Source: Candidatus Vogelbacteria bacterium RIFOXYD1_FULL_46_19 | Lineage (GTDB): Bacteria > Patescibacteriota > Minisyncoccia > Phycocordibacterales > XYD1-FULL-46-19 | NCBI GenBank assembly: GCA_001824825.1 | Contig: MHTK01000006.1 | Location: 252,138 to 316,137, forward strand | DNA: 64,000 bases | Direction of reading: 5' to 3' | Shown: positions 57,713 to 64,000 of the stretch, piece by piece | Position numbering within the stretch: position 1 is the first letter of the stretch | How the letters are laid out: every line of letters begins with the position of its first letter | Notes under the pieces: generated by a model | Told to the model about the DNA's origin: nothing | Databases searched by the model: none | Seen by the model: the letters and a program-made list of their open reading frames with translations, nothing else | Program-made: the position numbers and the translations under genes

Positions 57713-57741
57713 GTTATACTGTACAAGACATAATCTGTCAA
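57713..57741 (-). promoter_or_regulatory. Near-consensus sigma70 promoter
   Basis: TTGACA-N17-TATAAC. Confidence 0.65.
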
Positions 57742-57806
57742 TTTTTTTCACAAAAGGGACTACTGAAAAGAACTGGATGATGTGCAACTCCACTGGCAGA
57801 GTAAAA

Positions 57807-58334
57807 TTAAGGACGCACAGCAATAAATCTCCCCTTCCAAGCAGTCAGGAACTTTTTAGCCAGCAAGCGCTGGTAAATTTTATGCCGCTCCTCAGTATCA
57901 GGATCTAAAACTTCAGCCGTGGTGTTGGTAAGCGATAGCAAGACCACCAAGTGCCCAGCTCGCCCTGGCTCATATTTAGAAAAAACAGAAGCCATAACTG
58001 GTCCTTTCTTTAGCTCTTCTTTAAGAAGACTTAGAGCCTTAGCTTTTTCTTCTTTGGCTAAATCATAAGCGCGAGACTTCTTAAAGCCGTAAATTTTAGC
58101 CAAACCCACGAGCCCCGAGTGTCGCCAACCCACGCCTTTTATATAAGCCCGGCGGTTTAACCCTACTTGATACAATTTATTTAAATCCGGCAAAGGCCGT
58201 TTCGGCTGAGACCCAGAGGGTGGGTAGCAACGCATGAGCATCAAGAGACTGACCACTCCGCAACCAGCCTTTTGCCAATTTTTATTTTTCAAATCTAAAT
58301 ATTGGGAGAGTAAAATTGACTCAGCAACTTTCAT
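57807..58334 (-). CDS. C39-like cysteine peptidase
   Basis: SQ..W...CG..SL.M; GPVMASV; GHLVV; DP. Confidence 0.75.
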   Translation of the reverse strand: MKVAESILLSQYLDLKNKNWQKAGCGVVSLLMLMRCYPPSGSQPKRPLPDLNKLYQVGLNRRAYIKGVGWRHSGLVGLAKIYGFKKSRAYDLAKEEKAKALSLLKEELKKGPVMASVFSKYEPGRAGHLVVLLSLTNTTAEVLDPDTEERHKIYQRLLAKKFLTAWKGRFIAVRP

Positions 58335-58335
58335 T

Positions 58336-58821
58336 TTATTTCAATTTAGAATGGCGATAGATAGCAAGAATCGGCCGGTATTTACCGCTGCCTGTTTTAG
58401 CGAAAGTGTAGTAGTGCTTCCCCGGTACATGCTTTTGCCAAATATTACTGACCGCCTCCTCAGCGCCTAAATAAAATCCCAGATGATCGTGGGTAAAACT
58501 GCCATCAACCGAAGGACCCCAAACTATGACCGCTCCCGGCTCTAAGTTTTTAGTTTTTTTCCAACCGGCTATTTCCAAAGCTTTCACCGTTCCAGTCACG
58601 GTAGAGTGAAGCCGGTCAACCAAACCAAACATACTGAGCACACCCGACACAAAAAAAGCGCAAGATAAATCCCCAGCCCGAGTGATATCTTTTTTCTGTC
58701 CATCTACTTCAGCGTAAATGGTCTGAAACATTTTCGTGCCCACACTTTTTTCCACCACCGTAAGCAGGGTGTCGAGAGTAAGTGGTTTGACTTTAAGCTT
58801 TTTGGTTTTTATTTTGGCCAT
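58336..58821 (-). CDS. Hypothetical protein, possible NlpC/P60-type amidase
   Basis: SCAFFVS; PGAVIVW; HLGFY..AVSN. Confidence 0.55.
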   Translation of the reverse strand: MAKIKTKKLKVKPLTLDTLLTVVEKSVGTKMFQTIYAEVDGQKKDITRAGDLSCAFFVSGVLSMFGLVDRLHSTVTGTVKALEIAGWKKTKNLEPGAVIVWGPSVDGSFTHDHLGFYLGAEEAVSNIWQKHVPGKHYYTFAKTGSGKYRPILAIYRHSKLK

Positions 58822-58822
58822 A

Positions 58823-60154
58823 TTAAATTTGCCCTACCAGTGTAACAAATTGATCATTCCTCTCATATTCATTCTTAAAAACCCCAAAACTGGCCGCGCC
58901 GGGCGACAGTAAAATCAGGTCGCCTGCGGTGGCCGAGATTTGAGCCTGATCAAGAGCTTCGGTCATGGAGGTCACCTCTACCACTTCGATTTCAGACGGC
59001 AAAACCGCTTTAATCTTTTCAGTGGCACTGCCTTTAAATAAGATAAATTTCTTCACATAAGTCGGCATTAATCTGGCATACTCTGAAAAATCGAGTTCCT
59101 TATCCGCCCCACCACCAATCAAGATAATTTTCCCTTGGTAGTCAGGAAAAGCTTTGACCGCCGCCATCGCCGCGTCGGGAGTAGTGGCATTGTTGTCGTT
59201 ATAAAATTTGATACCTTTTTTCTCGCCTAAGTATTCCAAGCGACCAGGAACGCCGGGGAAAGTCTCAATTCCCCGTTTAACATCTTCAACCTCAAGACCC
59301 AAAGCAATCGCTGCCTCATAAACCAAAGAGGCGTTGTAACGATTATGGGCGCCCAGCAACTTCACTGCCCAGCCAACCGGCAAAGTATGACCTGCAATAA
59401 TTAAATGACTTTTTATTTTATCTTTATACTGCTCTAACACAGCTGACTCGGCTTGCTCACCTAAAACCAAAAAATCTTCCGCGTGTTGATTGAGGAAAAT
59501 ATTAGCTTTATCAGCCAAGTACAAATCCATATTATTCTGATAATAGTTTTGATGATCCTGCATAAAAGTGGTAAAGATAGCCACCTGCGGACTTAAACCC
59601 GCTTCACCAAAACCCTGCAACTGCCAAGAATCCAGCTCCAACACTACATAATCCCCTGCTTTGACTTTTGACAGTAAGGGTAAAGTAGCAATACCGCGCA
59701 CATTACCACCTAAGTAAACCACCTGGTTGGCCGCTTTCAACACCTGTTCCAACCAATGAGTCACCGTGCTTTTACCACGAGTACCAGTAACACCCACTGT
59801 CACCACTCCAGGTGGCGCCAGCTCCAGGAAAAGTGAAGCATCCATTTTCACTGGAATACCATTTTTTTTAGCTTCCGCAATAAAAGGCGAATTTAGTGGT
59901 ACCCCAGCGGCTTTGATAATTAGATCCTGATTAGTAAAATCCTCTAAGCGGTGTTCACCTAAAACATAAGTAATATTGTCATACTCCGACAGCTGGTCTA
60001 AAGAATCTTTAAGATCAGTAGCCGATTTCAAGTCGGTGATAGTAAGTTGGGCCCCAGCTGCCGCTAAAAAACGAGTCACCCCGATGCCGCGCCCTAACAG
60101 GCCAAGACCGAGCATAGTTATTTTTCTGCCTCTAAAATAATCACTATCATCCAT
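58823..60154 (-). CDS. murD: UDP-N-acetylmuramoyl-L-alanine--D-glutamate ligase
   Basis: GLGLLG, GTRGKST, ELDSWQL, GGADK, LLSPGAASF..FKNEYER. Confidence 0.95.
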   Translation of the reverse strand: MDDSDYFRGRKITMLGLGLLGRGIGVTRFLAAAGAQLTITDLKSATDLKDSLDQLSEYDNITYVLGEHRLEDFTNQDLIIKAAGVPLNSPFIAEAKKNGIPVKMDASLFLELAPPGVVTVGVTGTRGKSTVTHWLEQVLKAANQVVYLGGNVRGIATLPLLSKVKAGDYVVLELDSWQLQGFGEAGLSPQVAIFTTFMQDHQNYYQNNMDLYLADKANIFLNQHAEDFLVLGEQAESAVLEQYKDKIKSHLIIAGHTLPVGWAVKLLGAHNRYNASLVYEAAIALGLEVEDVKRGIETFPGVPGRLEYLGEKKGIKFYNDNNATTPDAAMAAVKAFPDYQGKIILIGGGADKELDFSEYARLMPTYVKKFILFKGSATEKIKAVLPSEIEVVEVTSMTEALDQAQISATAGDLILLSPGAASFGVFKNEYERNDQFVTLVGQI

Positions 60155-60275
60155 CCCCAGATTGTAGCAGGCTAAGTCAAAAAATTGAAATGTAAAAACA
60201 AGCCCTACGACCGCCCAAAAATGTCATAAAAATCGGGGCACCACACTAGCACCCCGACTGAGGTCGACTTGAATC

Positions 60276-60650
60276 CTAGTCATAGAGTAAGACGCAGCTA
60301 ATTTCGTCTAGCCCTTCCTTAATTCCAAAAGCTTTCAGTTCTTCTTCCAGTCTACTCAAAAACAAAAGATCCGGATTTTTGTTTAAAACTGACAAAGCAC
60401 AAGAAAGCGATCGGTAAGAGTTGGTCACCCGACAATTACTTTCAATCATAAATACTGATTGCCGCTCTTTGGAGTTGTAAACTTCAAAGAACGGGATTAT
60501 AGAATTGAAGTGATTATATACAACAAAAGTGTCACCCCACTTTTGTTCAAGTAGTCCTTGGATCTGGACCACTAACTCTCTGACCTCGGCGGTAAACTCG
60601 ACTGATTGACATTGCCGGTCAAATTGACTAACCACCATCTTCAGTCTCAT
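60276..60650 (-). CDS. Hypothetical protein (124 aa), strong-SD cassette
   Basis: AGGAGGAGGT-ATG; promoter TTGATT-N17-CATACT (60698-60726); hairpin at about 60232-60258. Confidence 0.65.
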   Translation of the reverse strand: MRLKMVVSQFDRQCQSVEFTAEVRELVVQIQGLLEQKWGDTFVVYNHFNSIIPFFEVYNSKERQSVFMIESNCRVTNSYRSLSCALSVLNKNPDLLFLSRLEEELKAFGIKEGLDEISCVLLYD

Positions 60651-60966
60651 ACCTCCTCCTCGCCTTTTAATCTCAACCAAAAATCCTCACTGTATTTAGT
60701 ATGGCGGTGGAAGTAGTGATAATCAAAGACTTTATTCCACAAGGAATAAAGAGAAAAAGTGGTGCGCAGTCTCTGCTGTAACTAAAGCTTCCCCCGACAC
60801 TAAAGTTAGGGTGAACAGAGCTGGTGAGTAAAGTAAGGCTTTGGAGATTAAATTATTTAAAAAAATTTTGTAGAAATTTCCTTTAAAGTACTGCTATGTG
60901 GAGAGTCCGCAAGGAAACCGACCTAAGGGATAGTTCTTAAAAGTGTCCCACATTAAAAATCTTTAA

Positions 60967-61317
60967 TTAAAAAATTAAAAATAATAATATCAAAATTACT
61001 ATTACGCTTATTGGAGTAATTATCCACAGTAAAATCATTTTTTTGAATAATTCGGATATATCTTTAGGTAAATTAGAATAGTTCTTTAATAAATACCAAT
61101 TACTCCAACTAGCAATATTAGAATAGTAAAAAAAATTACTTTGTTTGAGTTTAACAAAATATGATTTAGGAAGTACATTTAAATTAGTGTATTTTGTTTC
61201 AAATAAATTAATAATTTTTTTTAATATTTTTTCTTGAATCCTAAGTACTATAACCAAGGTTACTATAATAAAAACAAATAGAATTGATGCAAAAACTTTA
61301 TTATCTAATATTGTCAT
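60967..61317 (-). CDS. AT-rich two-TM hypothetical protein
   Basis: Very low GC; two hydrophobic helices; just downstream of tRNA locus. Confidence 0.5.
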   Translation of the reverse strand: MTILDNKVFASILFVFIIVTLVIVLRIQEKILKKIINLFETKYTNLNVLPKSYFVKLKQSNFFYYSNIASWSNWYLLKNYSNLPKDISELFKKMILLWIITPISVIVILILLFLIF

Positions 61318-61358
61318 ATTATAAAAGATTTATTTAAACTTATCACTCTATAATCTCT

Positions 61359-61431
61359 TGGTGCACGTACCCCTCCGTCGCTAAAGCTTTGGCGGGCAAA
61401 GCAGGACTCGAACCTGGGACCTCGTCATTAT
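61359..61431 (-). pseudogene. Disrupted 3' half of a tRNA-Ile copy
   Basis: 61402-61431 identical to 61510-61539; ends GCACCA after a palindromic insert. Confidence 0.6.
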
Positions 61432-61500
61432 TAGGTAAAAAGCGAGATTCGTAAGCTTTTTACCGCTCTGTTAAAAATATTAGCTAACTGCCGGGTAAGG

Positions 61501-61574
61501 TGCGCGATCCAGGACTCGAACCTGGGACCTCGTCATTATCAGTGACGCGCTCTAACCACCTGAGCTAATCGCGC
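61501..61574 (-). tRNA. tRNA-Ile (GAU)
   Basis: GCGCGAT/ATCGCGC acceptor stem; CGTCA-CTGATAA-TGACG anticodon arm; GGTTCGAGTCC T arm; CCA not fully encoded. Confidence 0.95.
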
Positions 61575-61612
61575 ACTTTACCAATCAAATTGGAGCTAAT
61601 ATTTTTTAAAAG

Positions 61613-61633
61613 AACCACCTGAGCTAATCGCAC
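61613..61633 (-). pseudogene. 5' fragment of a tRNA-Ile copy
   Basis: GTGCGATTAGCTCAGGTGGTT versus GCGCGATTAGCTCAGGTGGTT in the intact tRNA. Confidence 0.6.
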
Positions 61634-61690
61634 AAACACCACGAAATATACCAAAAATCCAACCTAAAAACAAGAACGGCTGACTGAAAC

Positions 61691-61731
61691 AAAAAAGCGT
61701 CTTGCCCCGGCTTTTCGCCAAGGCAAGACGC
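61691..61731 (-). terminator. Intrinsic terminator
   Basis: GCGTCTTGCC/GGCAAGACGC hairpin then TTTTTT on minus strand. Confidence 0.75.
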
Positions 61732-61780
61732 ACACGCCGATCCAAGTAACCATAACACAACAGCTACTTGGCGGGTAAAA

Positions 61781-62077
61781 TTACTCTACGTCGGCCCTTA
61801 AGTGGGCCGGAGCTACCCAAACTTCCTGGTAGCTCCCTGGATTAGCCTCGAGCCACTCCGGGCCGTATTCCCTCTCCTCGCCGTCTTCGACGACGAGGAC
61901 TCTCTGGACCTCCCCGTCGGGGTGGGTCCGATAAACGACCGGCTGATCCATCGCCGAAACAACAAACCAACCAAGCACTGCCGTCATCAGCAAAATGATG
62001 CCGACTCCGGCGGAGGCTTCCAAAACACCTTTCAAAAACTTTTTGGAAGCCGACTGCTTCCTGACTATTGAGTTCAT
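61781..62077 (-). CDS. Single-TM hypothetical protein (98 aa), strong-SD cassette
   Basis: GGGAGG 7 nt before ATG; TM VGIILLMTAVLGWFVV. Confidence 0.65.
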   Translation of the reverse strand: MNSIVRKQSASKKFLKGVLEASAGVGIILLMTAVLGWFVVSAMDQPVVYRTHPDGEVQRVLVVEDGEEREYGPEWLEANPGSYQEVWVAPAHLRADVE

Positions 62078-62109
62078 TCCTCATCCTCCCATTTTCAAAC
62101 TCTAACTTA

Positions 62110-62138
62110 ATATTAGCACGTTTGGAAATTTATGTCAA
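62110..62138 (-). promoter_or_regulatory. Near-consensus sigma70 promoter
   Basis: TTGACA-N17-TAATAT with TGn extension. Confidence 0.7.
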
Positions 62139-62153
62139 TAAAGCTGAGCTAGA

Positions 62154-62186
62154 CCTAAAAAACGCCCAACTTGGGCGTTTTTTAGG
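62154..62186 (-). terminator. Terminator of the 16S transcript
   Basis: CCTAAAAAACGCCCAA-C-TTGGGCGTTTTTTAGG. Confidence 0.75.
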
Positions 62187-62378
62187 AGTTTTCCACTTAT
62201 AGTATTTAAATCCAAGGTCAAAAAAGTCTGCGATCTTTTCCGGTGTTCCGTTCACTCGGGCGATAGGTGCGCCCGAGGTCACCGATTCATGTTTAGAGTC
62301 ATAGAATCATCACTCCATCCACCAAAGGTGAATGATCAACCGGATAAGCTCAAATATTTTTCAATATTCGAACGTCCA

Positions 62379-63857
62379 AATGGAATAGTTCCACGACCAG
62401 CTTCCGCTAGCCGTGCCTTGTTACGACTTAACCCTTGTCACCGAGCTTACCTTAGGCCCACATAAGTGAGACTTCGGGTATTCCCGGCTCCCCTGGCTTG
62501 ACGGGCGGTGAGTACAAGACTTGAGAACGTATTCACCGCGGTATAGCTGACCCGCGATTACTAGCGATTCCAACTTCATGAGGTCGAGTTGCAGACCTCA
62601 ATCCGAACTGGGGCCACTTTTTTAGGATTAGCTTAGCCTCTCGGCGTCGCGACCCGTTGTAGTGGCCATTGTATCATGTGTGTAGCCCAGGATGTCAAAG
62701 GGACATGCTGACTTGGCGTCATCCCCGCTTCCTCCCATCAAAGATGGATAGTCTCGCCTGACACTTGTAACAGACGATGAGGGTTGCGTTCGTTTCCCCA
62801 CTTAAGGGAACAACTCAAGCCACGAACTGACGACAGCCATGCATCACCTGCCCAACCGTCTCTTGTGAAGAAGTCTCGAGTTTCCCCGGGACGTCGTTTG
62901 GGTTTCAAACCCTGGTAAGGTTCTTCGTTTAGTTACGAATTAAACCACATGATCCACCGCTTGTGCAAGTCCCCGTCTATTCTTTTGAGTTTTAGCCTTG
63001 CGGCCGTACTTCCCAGGCGGTTCTCTTAACGCGTTAGCTTGGCCTCTCAGAGGGTCGATACTCCGAAAAGCGAGAGAACATCGTTTAGGGCGTGGACTAC
63101 CGGGGTATCTAATCCCGTTCGCTACCCACGCTTTCGTGTCTCAGCGTCAGAAGTGCGCCAGCCTGCTGCCTTCGCTTTCGGTGTTCCCCATGATATCAAC
63201 GGATTTCACCCCTACACCATGAGTTCCACAGGCCTCTCGCACTCTCAATAGTCTGGCCGTTTCTTTCGCATCTCTCGGGTTAAGCCCGAGGCTTTAACAA
63301 AAGACTAACCAGACCGCCTACACACCCTTTACGCCCAGTAATTCCGGATAACGCTTGGGGCACTCGTATTACCGCTGCTGCTGGCACGAGTTTAGCAGCC
63401 CCTTATTCATGAGGTACCGTCACACTAATTATATAGCTTCTTCCCTCATAAAAGAAGTTTACGCACCTAAGTGCTTCATCCTTCACGCGACGTCGCTCCA
63501 TCAGGCTTTCGCCCATTGTGGAAGATTCTCGACTGCGGCCACCCGTAGGTGTATGGTCCGTGTCTCAGTACCATCGGTGGGGGTCAGGCTCTCACCTCCC
63601 CTAGACGTCATAGCCTTGGTAGGCCATTACCCTACCAACTAGCTGATATCCCGCAGGCCGCTCCAGAAGCGATAAATCTTTACCCCTAAGGGACCATCAT
63701 GTATTACCCGACCTTTCGGCCGGCTATTCATGACTTCTGGGTGCGTTCCTACGTGTTACTACCTCGTTTGCCGGTCCGCCCGAAGGCGGCCCTCGACTTG
63801 CATGCCTTATCCACGTCGCCAGCGTTCATCCTGAGCCAAGATCAAACTCTCAAAGAA
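62379..63857 (-). rRNA. rrs: 16S rRNA (Parcubacteria-like), not followed by 23S
   Basis: AGAGTTTGATCTTGGCTCAG, GTGCCAGCAGCAGCGGTAA, AAGTCGTAACAAGG and h45 GGAA loop; ends approximate. Confidence 0.97.
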
Positions 63858-64000
63858 AAGCGAAACGTTTTAGTTTACTCACTAAAAGTGAGTAAACTAA
63901 AGCTGACTCTGGTCAAGCTGATAAAATCGGCCAGCCGAGTCTAGTTTCGCATGAACGGAACACTAGAAAAAATAACAGAAACTTTTTTTGCGTTTGGATC

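Noticed and set aside
62190-62380. Intron hiding a canonical 16S 3' end
   Set aside because: No GATCACCTCC downstream; the region is explained by the processing stem and terminator
62998-63944. Plus-strand ORFs of 70-95 aa
   Set aside because: Antisense to the 16S rRNA; spurious

Overview
64 kb of a Patescibacteria (CPR, Parcubacteria-like) chromosome in genetic code 11, with almost all genes on the minus strand. Core content: pfkB, gpsA, split tkt, rpe, rpiB, gap, gatB, murB, secA, murC, murD, a VirD4-like ATPase, tRNA-Ile(GAU) and a stand-alone 16S rRNA. A ~31 kb surface-glycan cluster (21.3-52.0 kb) carries a transaldolase-GmhA-HddA-GmhB heptose pathway, GT4/GT2 enzymes, methyltransferases and a B12 radical SAM. 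Main observations: (1) a secreted PKD+FN3 protein stops one beta-strand short of a complete FN3 fold, while a nearby membrane-anchored, peptidoglycan-binding protein carries 13 copies of that apparent missing strand (candidate strand-complementation scaffold); (2) the 16S 3' tail lacks the anti-Shine-Dalgarno and core genes look leaderless or SD-less, yet a class of stand-alone cassettes (including 9-30 aa micro-ORFs) has near-consensus sigma70 promoters, strong GGAG(G) SDs and terminators; (3) two adjacent sRNA genes, one carrying a 19-nt segment complementary to the end-joined form of the other; (4) a Hydrogenedentes-style PASTA/(GE)n lipoprotein; (5) an intact tRNA-Ile nested inside a fragmented tRNA-Ile copy. 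All calls are by-eye motif recognition; no searches or folding programs were run.
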